A stretch of 62,012 bases of DNA, filler included, from Stramenopiles sp. TOSAG23-6 (lineage: Eukaryota), in assembly GCA_900128565.1 (NCBI GenBank). It is 13 parts of 13 records of this genome, joined end to end, with 100 filler letters (N's around TTAATTAATTAA, not from the genome) between each part and the next. Parts side by side here need not be neighbours in the genome. Positions count along the whole stretch, not along the records: positions 1 to 4,682 come from LT637083.1; positions 4,783 to 9,464 come from LT637084.1; positions 9,565 to 14,246 come from LT637085.1; 10 more parts are not named here. The stretch is one strand, 5' to 3'. Made by a program: the position numbers and the translations under genes. The notes below the pieces were generated by a model. The model saw only the letters and a list, made by a program, of their open reading frames with translations, ran no database searches and was not told where the DNA came from. Each line of letters opens with the position of its first letter. Position 1 is the stretch's first letter. Of this stretch, positions 1 through 12,763 are shown piece after piece.

Positions 1-66
1 TCATACGAAATTTCGTACCTAACATTTTTTTTTAGATTTTTGTTGAAATATTTTTCCACAATACTT
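1..66 (+). other. 3' part of a family intron (contig starts inside it)
   Basis: catacgaaatttcgtacctaac...gaaatatttttccacaatactt; family register ends in TT, and an alternative canonical AG lies at 79-80. Confidence 0.7.
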
Positions 67-791
67 TAACGTTATTTCAGATTTTGGTATCAAATGGCGA
101 AGTTGATAAATATCAAGCAAATCAAATGCTTTCTCATTATTGCACTAATCTCGGTGATTCCATTTCTTTCATGAAAAAATATTGTACTTCAATAAGGGAT
201 ATACCAAATTCTGAAACATTTTCAATATTTATTGGCTTTGCATCAATATATGGTCATATTAAAAATACTAAAAATACTAAAAATACTAAAACTGATAATA
301 ATAATTTGTGTGTGGGTAATAATAGCATTGAAGAAATATACAAAATCGCATCGAAATATTCACAAAGTAATAGTTTAAAAAATACACTTAAAATTGTAAA
401 TAAAGAAGAATCTATTCGGATGTCTGTATCAAAATTAAGACAATTTTGTAAATGGGGCATTGAAGGAGAAGAAGCAGCACAAAAACTGTATGATAGCCTA
501 GTTGAATTCAATATGGTGACAAGTCGCCACCATGAATTGATGATGTTTCATGATGCATTGAAGCGAGGTCCAGATGGTTTGAAGATCTTATTAAACACTC
601 TCAATCGAAACAATGAAAATGAGCATAGTACGAAGCCTAGAATCTCTTCAAAGCATAAAATAGATGATGATAAAATAGAAATCTCTTCAAAGCATAAAAT
701 AGATGATAAAAAAATAGAAATCTCTCCAGGAGATGATGTAAGAAAAATTGACCAAATACCAAATTGGATCTTGGAATGGAATAAAAAATAA
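67..791 (+). CDS. Last exon of a hypothetical protein, weakly PPR-like; 5'-truncated
   Basis: Open frame from the intron end to TAA; PNSETFSIFI resembles the PPR P-N/D-x-x-T-Y/F motif; KNT x3 and EISSKHKIDD x2 micro-repeats. Confidence 0.6.
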
Positions 792-850
792 ACAGTAAAT
801 TTTAAATTTGACAAAATGGTTTTAATTTCTACTCATAAACACCTTTAAAA

Positions 851-1915
851 CTAGTCTTCTTGTAGATTTACCCATCTCAATACTCGCATTAACTCTTGAA
901 TACGATCGACATTGTCAACCATTTGTTGACATACACGTATTATGAAAAAATATTTCAAAAAAAAATTCGTTAGGTACAAAATTTCGTATGAAAACAAAAT
1001 TAAATTAGAAATTCATATAAAACATACACTATCAAGAACTGTGGCTTTATGCCATGGACAAGGTGGATTTTGACCTCTTAACCATTGTAATATTTCTAAA
1101 TGACCATGCATAGCTGCCATACTACACAGAGCGCCATTCCATGGGCATGGAGGATTTTGGCTTCTTAACCATTGTAACATAAGAAGATTGCCTTTCATCA
1201 CAGATACAAAGCAGGTATTTCGATCCCATGGACAAGGTGGATTTTGATTTCTTAACCATTGTAATACTTCTAAATTACCACTACGAGCTGCATTGGTACA
1301 CACTCTTTCACTCCAGGGGCACGGTGGATTTTGAGTTCTTAACCATCGTAACATTTCTAAGTTACCACTCAGAGCGGCATAATTACATGCATCTTCATCC
1401 CATGGGCAAGGCGGATTTTGACTTCTTAACCATCGTAATGTTTCAAATTTGTTATCCAATGCTGCTATACGACATGCATCTGCATTCCATGGACAAGGTG
1501 GATCTTGGCTTCTTAACCACAGTAATATTTCAAAGTTACCACTCCCAATTGCTTCGGTACACACACTCTCATCCCACGGACATGGCGGTGTTTGACTTCT
1601 TACCCATTTTAATACTTCTAACTGACCCTTTTCAGCTGCATACGTACATGATTCACCCCACGGGCAAGGTGGTTTCCGACTTCTTAACCATTTTAAAAAG
1701 TCCAAGTCACCTTCCTCAGATGCTTTACAACACGTCACTCTACCCCAATCAGCACCCACCAACCAAGGCCGTTGCGAATCATTTGAAACAACTCTACCTG
1801 AGAGTCTGTCTTTTAGACATAAATAGCTGGTAATTATAACTGCTGGACCTAGCCCACTTAGTACCAGTTGTAGAACCTCTTCTTCGTGCTTTGTTCGCTT
1901 TCGTTGTAAAGACAT
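851..1915 (-). CDS. Ankyrin-like repeat protein (about 28-aa GNLExLxWLRxQxPPCPW repeats); join(1915..1028, 934..851)
   Basis: Nine PPCPW repeats; removing intron 935-1027 adds VCQQMVDNVDRIQELMRVLRWVNLQED*, which contains another VLRWV unit. Confidence 0.85.
935..1027 (-). other. Family intron, 93 nt; GT..GT, or GT..AT if slid 4 nt within an 8-nt direct repeat
   Basis: agt|GTATGTTTT...catacgaaattttgtacctaac...ttcataatacgt|gtatgtcaa. Confidence 0.8.
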
Positions 1916-2167
1916 TATAATTGCAGACTTATGAAGTCACTTGTTACAAGAAAGGAGGAGAAACAACTGTGTCCAATCAATTCTCTTTTTAGCAGAATAG
2001 CAGAATTGCAAAAATCAAATCTGACTGACAAAACCCTAACCCTTATATATAAATCCCAATCTAAATCAATCGTACGTATTATTTGATTATTTTTTTTTAT
2101 TATTATTCAGAAACATGAATGTATGGCTAATCTGGGCATAAAATGAAAAAGATGCTTTGAATCATGA

Positions 2168-2932
2168 TTACTTTTTTTGTTTTCTATTTTCTTTACAGTA
2201 TGGTTTATGTCTTTGCCAATCATTTCTCTGACAGATTTCGGAGCAGTACAAAGCACCCCGACATTTTGAACACATTTTAAATTTTTTGTGTGTATCTTCT
2301 TTGTAGCACACTTTGCAATGATAAACTTTAAATTGAGACAAACATAACCGCGTTTCAAAATCTGTTTCTTCAGTGACTTGCTTTCGACATTTTTTTATAA
2401 GTTTTCTATTTTCTTCGAAATCTCGAGAAACACCATAACCATTTGAATAACAAACGCCAAGATTTAACTGAGCATTCATATTGCCTTGTTTTGCAGATAA
2501 TTTATACCATTTTATAGCTTTTTTGTAACTTTGAAGTACACCAAAACCAGTTTCGTAACAACTGCCGATGCTAAATTGGGCCCGGTCAAAGCCTTGTTTG
2601 GCAGATTTTCCCCACCAGTATGCTGCCTTTTCTGCACATTTCGTTACTCCATGAGCATTTTCATAGCAACTACCTAAATTATATTGTGCTTTCATGTGAC
2701 CTTGAACCGCAGCCTTTTCCCACAACATAGCTGCAAGCACATAGTTCCTTTCAACGCCTTGACTTTGATGATATGCTGTACCAAGAAAATATTGTGCATA
2801 CATATCATTTTTCTTTACCTGAGACTTCAACTGTCTTATATCGGCAAGGTCATAGACCTGTTGTTTCCCAATTAGCCGTTGTTGGTCTTTAATGGACACA
2901 TGGTAGTCTTCATTGTCATATTTAATGACCAT
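2168..2932 (-). CDS. SEL1-like repeat protein with C-terminal MYND zinc finger
   Basis: Four AQxxLGxxYxxGxGV-type repeats; CKVC...CSKC...YCSEICQRNDWQRHKPYC; first ATG at 2932 (the GTG at 2953 follows a stop). Confidence 0.9.
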   Translation of the reverse strand: MVIKYDNEDYHVSIKDQQRLIGKQQVYDLADIRQLKSQVKKNDMYAQYFLGTAYHQSQGVERNYVLAAMLWEKAAVQGHMKAQYNLGSCYENAHGVTKCAEKAAYWWGKSAKQGFDRAQFSIGSCYETGFGVLQSYKKAIKWYKLSAKQGNMNAQLNLGVCYSNGYGVSRDFEENRKLIKKCRKQVTEETDFETRLCLSQFKVYHCKVCYKEDTHKKFKMCSKCRGALYCSEICQRNDWQRHKPYCKENRKQKK

Positions 2933-3199
2933 TTGGAAGTCTTTATTGTCCACTTATTTGTCTTTTTTTTCTATCCTTTGCGCGCAGAGGAACCACTTGG
3001 AGTTGTGACGAGGGAACGAGCGTATTGAGCGTATTTTTCGAAACCAAAACGAACTAAATTCGAAATTGGTCAAAATATAACAGTTCTAGCTAAAACACGT
3101 GTTCAAAGTGCTCTCTAATCCACTCGATCTGGATTAAGTGCCTCCTTAACTCGCCAAGCAACACGCCGAATACACTTCGATATAATCTTTACTTTTAGA

Positions 3200-4102
3200 A
3201 TGCCCGACGGAATCGCACCAATATTAAAACCATATATATGTGGTGGATCTTCTGCTATGTTTGCCTCTGCTTGTATTCATCCAATTGATTTAACAAAGGT
3301 GAGGTTGCAACTCATTGGAGAGGGTACCAAAGGCGTTCCCCGTCCTTCGGCAATCGCTGTCATGAAAATGGTTGCTGAGAAGGAAGGTGTCCGGGCTCTT
3401 TATTCTGGATTAAGTGCCTCCTTAACTCGCCAAGCAACATATGGTACTGCGCGTATTGGATTACACACTGCTTTTTCAGAAAAGTTGAAGGAACGGAACG
3501 GTGGTGGTCCTATTCCACTCATCCAGAAGTTTGGTTCCAGTTTTGTTTCTGGTGCTATAGCTTCTATGATTGGAAATCCTTTTGATGTAGCATTAGTTCG
3601 CATGCAGTCTGATGGCTTGAAAGTTGCATCTGAACGCAGAGGTTACAGTGGTGTTTTTAATGCTGTATTCCGTATTATAAAAGAAGAAGGGTTTTTTTCG
3701 CTGTATCACGGCTATCCCCCAACTTTACTACGTGCAATTGCGATGAATGTAGGTATGATGATGACTTATGATCAAGTGAAAGAAACTGTCACGGATTTAA
3801 ATGGAGATGGACTTTCAACACAACTTATTTCTTCCGCAGGTGCTGGATTCGCGTGTGCTTTTTTATCTCTTCCCTTTGATTTGATGAAAACACGGTTACA
3901 GAATATGAAGATGGACCCTGTCACAAAGAAGATGCCTTACACAGGTTTAGCAAACTGTTTTACCACTATTTTAAGGAAAGAAGGAGTTTTTTCTTTCTGG
4001 CGCGGTTTCGGAGCTTTTTATAGTCGATGTGCTCCTCATGCAATGATTATACTTATGATCCGAGAAAGATTGACTAATTTGTATGAGCAAACTTTATGCT
4101 AG
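3200..4102 (+). CDS. Mitochondrial carrier (SLC25), oxoglutarate/malate or dicarboxylate-tricarboxylate type
   Basis: Three PxDxxK/VxR signatures (PIDLTKVR, PFDVALVR, PFDLMKTR), RQATYGTARIG, 300 aa, no introns. Confidence 0.93.
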   Translation: MPDGIAPILKPYICGGSSAMFASACIHPIDLTKVRLQLIGEGTKGVPRPSAIAVMKMVAEKEGVRALYSGLSASLTRQATYGTARIGLHTAFSEKLKERNGGGPIPLIQKFGSSFVSGAIASMIGNPFDVALVRMQSDGLKVASERRGYSGVFNAVFRIIKEEGFFSLYHGYPPTLLRAIAMNVGMMMTYDQVKETVTDLNGDGLSTQLISSAGAGFACAFLSLPFDLMKTRLQNMKMDPVTKKMPYTGLANCFTTILRKEGVFSFWRGFGAFYSRCAPHAMIILMIRERLTNLYEQTLC

Positions 4103-4628
4103 AGACTTTAGTCAGAATTTTTGAAGAATGAAATATGAATGAAATATGAATAAACTTTATGCCACATCCCGAACCGTAATGAACTTCATACCACAACTTA
4201 TTTCATTTAAATATTTTTAAAAATATGTAGCGCGTTTTTTACGTTTTTTTGTATCAATAAAATTCAGTAGACATTTATTTATCATAAAATATTTAGAAAA
4301 AAAACACAAGCACCTAATCATGATTTCTAATAAAATATTCAAATATCAAACACAAGCATTTAATCATGCATTTATTGCTTGTATAGGTTATATGTAACAC
4401 ATCACGTGGGTGACCAAGCACCTAATCTAGTATCAAACACAAGCCGTAGTTCATTCATATATCGTTTGTAGTTTTTTGCTTCTATATGTTTTAATATCTC
4501 ACAAATGATCAAAACAAAAAAGGGACAAATGTAATGTAAAGACATATTCTAAGAAATATATTCGTTTGTTATAGAATTTGGTATGAAAAAGTAATTAGGG
4601 TTTCAAAAGTACATTTAAAAATTAAAAA

Positions 4629-4682
4629 TTGAAATGAATATTGAAATGAATATTGAAATGAATATTGAAATGAATATTGAAA
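4629..4682 (+). repeat. 12-bp tandem repeat (TTGAAATGAATA) x4.5 at contig end
   Basis: Direct reading. Confidence 0.9.
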
Positions 4683-4782
4683 NNNNNNNNNNNNNNNNNN
4701 NNNNNNNNNNNNNNNNNNNNNNNNNNTTAATTAATTAANNNNNNNNNNNNNNNNNNNNNNNNNNNNNNNNNNNNNNNNNNNN
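4683..4782. other. Artificial contig spacer N44-TTAATTAATTAA-N44; also at 9465, 14247, 19029, 23811, 28593, 33375, 38156, 42935, 47708, 52478 and 57246
   Basis: Identical 100-nt block with stops in all six frames; flanking contigs are sorted by decreasing length. Confidence 0.98.
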
Positions 4783-4848
4783 TCATACGAAATTTCGTAC
4801 CTAACATTTTTTTTTAGATTTTTGTTGAAATATTTTTCCACAATACTT

Positions 4849-5573
4849 TAACGTTATTTCAGATTTTGGTATCAAATGGCGAAGTTGATAAATATCAAGC
4901 AAATCAAATGCTTTCTCATTATTGCACTAATCTCGGTGATTCCATTTCTTTCATGAAAAAATATTGTACTTCAATAAGGGATATACCAAATTCTGAAACA
5001 TTTTCAATATTTATTGGCTTTGCATCAATATATGGTCATATTAAAAATACTAAAAATACTAAAAATACTAAAACTGATAATAATAATTTGTGTGTGGGTA
5101 ATAATAGCATTGAAGAAATATACAAAATCGCATCGAAATATTCACAAAGTAATAGTTTAAAAAATACACTTAAAATTGTAAATAAAGAAGAATCTATTCG
5201 GATGTCTGTATCAAAATTAAGACAATTTTGTAAATGGGGCATTGAAGGAGAAGAAGCAGCACAAAAACTGTATGATAGCCTAGTTGAATTCAATATGGTG
5301 ACAAGTCGCCACCATGAATTGATGATGTTTCATGATGCATTGAAGCGAGGTCCAGATGGTTTGAAGATCTTATTAAACACTCTCAATCGAAACAATGAAA
5401 ATGAGCATAGTACGAAGCCTAGAATCTCTTCAAAGCATAAAATAGATGATGATAAAATAGAAATCTCTTCAAAGCATAAAATAGATGATAAAAAAATAGA
5501 AATCTCTCCAGGAGATGATGTAAGAAAAATTGACCAAATACCAAATTGGATCTTGGAATGGAATAAAAAATAA
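4849..5573 (+). CDS. Duplicate of 67-791
   Basis: Identical contig copy 2. Confidence 0.6.
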
Positions 5574-5632
5574 ACAGTAAATTTTAAATTTGACAAAATG
5601 GTTTTAATTTCTACTCATAAACACCTTTAAAA

Positions 5633-6697
5633 CTAGTCTTCTTGTAGATTTACCCATCTCAATACTCGCATTAACTCTTGAATACGATCGACATTGTCAA
5701 CCATTTGTTGACATACACGTATTATGAAAAAATATTTCAAAAAAAAATTCGTTAGGTACAAAATTTCGTATGAAAACAAAATTAAATTAGAAATTCATAT
5801 AAAACATACACTATCAAGAACTGTGGCTTTATGCCATGGACAAGGTGGATTTTGACCTCTTAACCATTGTAATATTTCTAAATGACCATGCATAGCTGCC
5901 ATACTACACAGAGCGCCATTCCATGGGCATGGAGGATTTTGGCTTCTTAACCATTGTAACATAAGAAGATTGCCTTTCATCACAGATACAAAGCAGGTAT
6001 TTCGATCCCATGGACAAGGTGGATTTTGATTTCTTAACCATTGTAATACTTCTAAATTACCACTACGAGCTGCATTGGTACACACTCTTTCACTCCAGGG
6101 GCACGGTGGATTTTGAGTTCTTAACCATCGTAACATTTCTAAGTTACCACTCAGAGCGGCATAATTACATGCATCTTCATCCCATGGGCAAGGCGGATTT
6201 TGACTTCTTAACCATCGTAATGTTTCAAATTTGTTATCCAATGCTGCTATACGACATGCATCTGCATTCCATGGACAAGGTGGATCTTGGCTTCTTAACC
6301 ACAGTAATATTTCAAAGTTACCACTCCCAATTGCTTCGGTACACACACTCTCATCCCACGGACATGGCGGTGTTTGACTTCTTACCCATTTTAATACTTC
6401 TAACTGACCCTTTTCAGCTGCATACGTACATGATTCACCCCACGGGCAAGGTGGTTTCCGACTTCTTAACCATTTTAAAAAGTCCAAGTCACCTTCCTCA
6501 GATGCTTTACAACACGTCACTCTACCCCAATCAGCACCCACCAACCAAGGCCGTTGCGAATCATTTGAAACAACTCTACCTGAGAGTCTGTCTTTTAGAC
6601 ATAAATAGCTGGTAATTATAACTGCTGGACCTAGCCCACTTAGTACCAGTTGTAGAACCTCTTCTTCGTGCTTTGTTCGCTTTCGTTGTAAAGACAT
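5633..6697 (-). CDS. Duplicate of the PPCPW ankyrin-like protein
   Basis: Identical contig copy 2. Confidence 0.85.
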
Positions 6698-6949
6698 TAT
6701 AATTGCAGACTTATGAAGTCACTTGTTACAAGAAAGGAGGAGAAACAACTGTGTCCAATCAATTCTCTTTTTAGCAGAATAGCAGAATTGCAAAAATCAA
6801 ATCTGACTGACAAAACCCTAACCCTTATATATAAATCCCAATCTAAATCAATCGTACGTATTATTTGATTATTTTTTTTTATTATTATTCAGAAACATGA
6901 ATGTATGGCTAATCTGGGCATAAAATGAAAAAGATGCTTTGAATCATGA

Positions 6950-7714
6950 TTACTTTTTTTGTTTTCTATTTTCTTTACAGTATGGTTTATGTCTTTGCCA
7001 ATCATTTCTCTGACAGATTTCGGAGCAGTACAAAGCACCCCGACATTTTGAACACATTTTAAATTTTTTGTGTGTATCTTCTTTGTAGCACACTTTGCAA
7101 TGATAAACTTTAAATTGAGACAAACATAACCGCGTTTCAAAATCTGTTTCTTCAGTGACTTGCTTTCGACATTTTTTTATAAGTTTTCTATTTTCTTCGA
7201 AATCTCGAGAAACACCATAACCATTTGAATAACAAACGCCAAGATTTAACTGAGCATTCATATTGCCTTGTTTTGCAGATAATTTATACCATTTTATAGC
7301 TTTTTTGTAACTTTGAAGTACACCAAAACCAGTTTCGTAACAACTGCCGATGCTAAATTGGGCCCGGTCAAAGCCTTGTTTGGCAGATTTTCCCCACCAG
7401 TATGCTGCCTTTTCTGCACATTTCGTTACTCCATGAGCATTTTCATAGCAACTACCTAAATTATATTGTGCTTTCATGTGACCTTGAACCGCAGCCTTTT
7501 CCCACAACATAGCTGCAAGCACATAGTTCCTTTCAACGCCTTGACTTTGATGATATGCTGTACCAAGAAAATATTGTGCATACATATCATTTTTCTTTAC
7601 CTGAGACTTCAACTGTCTTATATCGGCAAGGTCATAGACCTGTTGTTTCCCAATTAGCCGTTGTTGGTCTTTAATGGACACATGGTAGTCTTCATTGTCA
7701 TATTTAATGACCAT
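6950..7714 (-). CDS. Duplicate of the SEL1+MYND protein
   Basis: Identical contig copy 2. Confidence 0.9.
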   Translation of the reverse strand: MVIKYDNEDYHVSIKDQQRLIGKQQVYDLADIRQLKSQVKKNDMYAQYFLGTAYHQSQGVERNYVLAAMLWEKAAVQGHMKAQYNLGSCYENAHGVTKCAEKAAYWWGKSAKQGFDRAQFSIGSCYETGFGVLQSYKKAIKWYKLSAKQGNMNAQLNLGVCYSNGYGVSRDFEENRKLIKKCRKQVTEETDFETRLCLSQFKVYHCKVCYKEDTHKKFKMCSKCRGALYCSEICQRNDWQRHKPYCKENRKQKK

Positions 7715-7981
7715 TTGGAAGTCTTTATTGTCCACTTATTTGTCTTTTTTTTCTATCCTTTGCGCGCAGAGGAACCACTTGGAGTTGTGACGAGGGAACG
7801 AGCGTATTGAGCGTATTTTTCGAAACCAAAACGAACTAAATTCGAAATTGGTCAAAATATAACAGTTCTAGCTAAAACACGTGTTCAAAGTGCTCTCTAA
7901 TCCACTCGATCTGGATTAAGTGCCTCCTTAACTCGCCAAGCAACACGCCGAATACACTTCGATATAATCTTTACTTTTAGA

Positions 7982-8884
7982 ATGCCCGACGGAATCGCAC
8001 CAATATTAAAACCATATATATGTGGTGGATCTTCTGCTATGTTTGCCTCTGCTTGTATTCATCCAATTGATTTAACAAAGGTGAGGTTGCAACTCATTGG
8101 AGAGGGTACCAAAGGCGTTCCCCGTCCTTCGGCAATCGCTGTCATGAAAATGGTTGCTGAGAAGGAAGGTGTCCGGGCTCTTTATTCTGGATTAAGTGCC
8201 TCCTTAACTCGCCAAGCAACATATGGTACTGCGCGTATTGGATTACACACTGCTTTTTCAGAAAAGTTGAAGGAACGGAACGGTGGTGGTCCTATTCCAC
8301 TCATCCAGAAGTTTGGTTCCAGTTTTGTTTCTGGTGCTATAGCTTCTATGATTGGAAATCCTTTTGATGTAGCATTAGTTCGCATGCAGTCTGATGGCTT
8401 GAAAGTTGCATCTGAACGCAGAGGTTACAGTGGTGTTTTTAATGCTGTATTCCGTATTATAAAAGAAGAAGGGTTTTTTTCGCTGTATCACGGCTATCCC
8501 CCAACTTTACTACGTGCAATTGCGATGAATGTAGGTATGATGATGACTTATGATCAAGTGAAAGAAACTGTCACGGATTTAAATGGAGATGGACTTTCAA
8601 CACAACTTATTTCTTCCGCAGGTGCTGGATTCGCGTGTGCTTTTTTATCTCTTCCCTTTGATTTGATGAAAACACGGTTACAGAATATGAAGATGGACCC
8701 TGTCACAAAGAAGATGCCTTACACAGGTTTAGCAAACTGTTTTACCACTATTTTAAGGAAAGAAGGAGTTTTTTCTTTCTGGCGCGGTTTCGGAGCTTTT
8801 TATAGTCGATGTGCTCCTCATGCAATGATTATACTTATGATCCGAGAAAGATTGACTAATTTGTATGAGCAAACTTTATGCTAG
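7982..8884 (+). CDS. Duplicate of the mitochondrial carrier
   Basis: Identical contig copy 2. Confidence 0.93.
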   Translation: MPDGIAPILKPYICGGSSAMFASACIHPIDLTKVRLQLIGEGTKGVPRPSAIAVMKMVAEKEGVRALYSGLSASLTRQATYGTARIGLHTAFSEKLKERNGGGPIPLIQKFGSSFVSGAIASMIGNPFDVALVRMQSDGLKVASERRGYSGVFNAVFRIIKEEGFFSLYHGYPPTLLRAIAMNVGMMMTYDQVKETVTDLNGDGLSTQLISSAGAGFACAFLSLPFDLMKTRLQNMKMDPVTKKMPYTGLANCFTTILRKEGVFSFWRGFGAFYSRCAPHAMIILMIRERLTNLYEQTLC

Positions 8885-9630
8885 AGACTTTAGTCAGAAT
8901 TTTTGAAGAATGAAATATGAATGAAATATGAATAAACTTTATGCCACATCCCGAACCGTAATGAACTTCATACCACAACTTATTTCATTTAAATATTTTT
9001 AAAAATATGTAGCGCGTTTTTTACGTTTTTTTGTATCAATAAAATTCAGTAGACATTTATTTATCATAAAATATTTAGAAAAAAAACACAAGCACCTAAT
9101 CATGATTTCTAATAAAATATTCAAATATCAAACACAAGCATTTAATCATGCATTTATTGCTTGTATAGGTTATATGTAACACATCACGTGGGTGACCAAG
9201 CACCTAATCTAGTATCAAACACAAGCCGTAGTTCATTCATATATCGTTTGTAGTTTTTTGCTTCTATATGTTTTAATATCTCACAAATGATCAAAACAAA
9301 AAAGGGACAAATGTAATGTAAAGACATATTCTAAGAAATATATTCGTTTGTTATAGAATTTGGTATGAAAAAGTAATTAGGGTTTCAAAAGTACATTTAA
9401 AAATTAAAAATTGAAATGAATATTGAAATGAATATTGAAATGAATATTGAAATGAATATTGAAANNNNNNNNNNNNNNNNNNNNNNNNNNNNNNNNNNNN
9501 NNNNNNNNTTAATTAATTAANNNNNNNNNNNNNNNNNNNNNNNNNNNNNNNNNNNNNNNNNNNNTCATACGAAATTTCGTACCTAACATTTTTTTTTAGA
9601 TTTTTGTTGAAATATTTTTCCACAATACTT

Positions 9631-10355
9631 TAACGTTATTTCAGATTTTGGTATCAAATGGCGAAGTTGATAAATATCAAGCAAATCAAATGCTTTCTCA
9701 TTATTGCACTAATCTCGGTGATTCCATTTCTTTCATGAAAAAATATTGTACTTCAATAAGGGATATACCAAATTCTGAAACATTTTCAATATTTATTGGC
9801 TTTGCATCAATATATGGTCATATTAAAAATACTAAAAATACTAAAAATACTAAAACTGATAATAATAATTTGTGTGTGGGTAATAATAGCATTGAAGAAA
9901 TATACAAAATCGCATCGAAATATTCACAAAGTAATAGTTTAAAAAATACACTTAAAATTGTAAATAAAGAAGAATCTATTCGGATGTCTGTATCAAAATT
10001 AAGACAATTTTGTAAATGGGGCATTGAAGGAGAAGAAGCAGCACAAAAACTGTATGATAGCCTAGTTGAATTCAATATGGTGACAAGTCGCCACCATGAA
10101 TTGATGATGTTTCATGATGCATTGAAGCGAGGTCCAGATGGTTTGAAGATCTTATTAAACACTCTCAATCGAAACAATGAAAATGAGCATAGTACGAAGC
10201 CTAGAATCTCTTCAAAGCATAAAATAGATGATGATAAAATAGAAATCTCTTCAAAGCATAAAATAGATGATAAAAAAATAGAAATCTCTCCAGGAGATGA
10301 TGTAAGAAAAATTGACCAAATACCAAATTGGATCTTGGAATGGAATAAAAAATAA
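9631..10355 (+). CDS. Duplicate of 67-791
   Basis: Identical contig copy 3. Confidence 0.6.
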
Positions 10356-10414
10356 ACAGTAAATTTTAAATTTGACAAAATGGTTTTAATTTCTACTCAT
10401 AAACACCTTTAAAA

Positions 10415-11479
10415 CTAGTCTTCTTGTAGATTTACCCATCTCAATACTCGCATTAACTCTTGAATACGATCGACATTGTCAACCATTTGTTGACATACAC
10501 GTATTATGAAAAAATATTTCAAAAAAAAATTCGTTAGGTACAAAATTTCGTATGAAAACAAAATTAAATTAGAAATTCATATAAAACATACACTATCAAG
10601 AACTGTGGCTTTATGCCATGGACAAGGTGGATTTTGACCTCTTAACCATTGTAATATTTCTAAATGACCATGCATAGCTGCCATACTACACAGAGCGCCA
10701 TTCCATGGGCATGGAGGATTTTGGCTTCTTAACCATTGTAACATAAGAAGATTGCCTTTCATCACAGATACAAAGCAGGTATTTCGATCCCATGGACAAG
10801 GTGGATTTTGATTTCTTAACCATTGTAATACTTCTAAATTACCACTACGAGCTGCATTGGTACACACTCTTTCACTCCAGGGGCACGGTGGATTTTGAGT
10901 TCTTAACCATCGTAACATTTCTAAGTTACCACTCAGAGCGGCATAATTACATGCATCTTCATCCCATGGGCAAGGCGGATTTTGACTTCTTAACCATCGT
11001 AATGTTTCAAATTTGTTATCCAATGCTGCTATACGACATGCATCTGCATTCCATGGACAAGGTGGATCTTGGCTTCTTAACCACAGTAATATTTCAAAGT
11101 TACCACTCCCAATTGCTTCGGTACACACACTCTCATCCCACGGACATGGCGGTGTTTGACTTCTTACCCATTTTAATACTTCTAACTGACCCTTTTCAGC
11201 TGCATACGTACATGATTCACCCCACGGGCAAGGTGGTTTCCGACTTCTTAACCATTTTAAAAAGTCCAAGTCACCTTCCTCAGATGCTTTACAACACGTC
11301 ACTCTACCCCAATCAGCACCCACCAACCAAGGCCGTTGCGAATCATTTGAAACAACTCTACCTGAGAGTCTGTCTTTTAGACATAAATAGCTGGTAATTA
11401 TAACTGCTGGACCTAGCCCACTTAGTACCAGTTGTAGAACCTCTTCTTCGTGCTTTGTTCGCTTTCGTTGTAAAGACAT
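10415..11479 (-). CDS. Duplicate of the PPCPW ankyrin-like protein
   Basis: Identical contig copy 3. Confidence 0.85.
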
Positions 11480-11731
11480 TATAATTGCAGACTTATGAAG
11501 TCACTTGTTACAAGAAAGGAGGAGAAACAACTGTGTCCAATCAATTCTCTTTTTAGCAGAATAGCAGAATTGCAAAAATCAAATCTGACTGACAAAACCC
11601 TAACCCTTATATATAAATCCCAATCTAAATCAATCGTACGTATTATTTGATTATTTTTTTTTATTATTATTCAGAAACATGAATGTATGGCTAATCTGGG
11701 CATAAAATGAAAAAGATGCTTTGAATCATGA

Positions 11732-12496
11732 TTACTTTTTTTGTTTTCTATTTTCTTTACAGTATGGTTTATGTCTTTGCCAATCATTTCTCTGACAGAT
11801 TTCGGAGCAGTACAAAGCACCCCGACATTTTGAACACATTTTAAATTTTTTGTGTGTATCTTCTTTGTAGCACACTTTGCAATGATAAACTTTAAATTGA
11901 GACAAACATAACCGCGTTTCAAAATCTGTTTCTTCAGTGACTTGCTTTCGACATTTTTTTATAAGTTTTCTATTTTCTTCGAAATCTCGAGAAACACCAT
12001 AACCATTTGAATAACAAACGCCAAGATTTAACTGAGCATTCATATTGCCTTGTTTTGCAGATAATTTATACCATTTTATAGCTTTTTTGTAACTTTGAAG
12101 TACACCAAAACCAGTTTCGTAACAACTGCCGATGCTAAATTGGGCCCGGTCAAAGCCTTGTTTGGCAGATTTTCCCCACCAGTATGCTGCCTTTTCTGCA
12201 CATTTCGTTACTCCATGAGCATTTTCATAGCAACTACCTAAATTATATTGTGCTTTCATGTGACCTTGAACCGCAGCCTTTTCCCACAACATAGCTGCAA
12301 GCACATAGTTCCTTTCAACGCCTTGACTTTGATGATATGCTGTACCAAGAAAATATTGTGCATACATATCATTTTTCTTTACCTGAGACTTCAACTGTCT
12401 TATATCGGCAAGGTCATAGACCTGTTGTTTCCCAATTAGCCGTTGTTGGTCTTTAATGGACACATGGTAGTCTTCATTGTCATATTTAATGACCAT
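11732..12496 (-). CDS. Duplicate of the SEL1+MYND protein
   Basis: Identical contig copy 3. Confidence 0.9.
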   Translation of the reverse strand: MVIKYDNEDYHVSIKDQQRLIGKQQVYDLADIRQLKSQVKKNDMYAQYFLGTAYHQSQGVERNYVLAAMLWEKAAVQGHMKAQYNLGSCYENAHGVTKCAEKAAYWWGKSAKQGFDRAQFSIGSCYETGFGVLQSYKKAIKWYKLSAKQGNMNAQLNLGVCYSNGYGVSRDFEENRKLIKKCRKQVTEETDFETRLCLSQFKVYHCKVCYKEDTHKKFKMCSKCRGALYCSEICQRNDWQRHKPYCKENRKQKK

Positions 12497-12763
12497 TTGG
12501 AAGTCTTTATTGTCCACTTATTTGTCTTTTTTTTCTATCCTTTGCGCGCAGAGGAACCACTTGGAGTTGTGACGAGGGAACGAGCGTATTGAGCGTATTT
12601 TTCGAAACCAAAACGAACTAAATTCGAAATTGGTCAAAATATAACAGTTCTAGCTAAAACACGTGTTCAAAGTGCTCTCTAATCCACTCGATCTGGATTA
12701 AGTGCCTCCTTAACTCGCCAAGCAACACGCCGAATACACTTCGATATAATCTTTACTTTTAGA

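Noticed and set aside
851-1915. Giant-virus origin of the PPCPW ankyrin-like gene
   Set aside because: The repeat type is also common in algal and protist nuclear genomes; this copy has a family intron and no viral hallmark neighbours.
4683-4782. TTAATTAATTAA as a biological motif
   Set aside because: It is a six-frame stop linker inside N padding.
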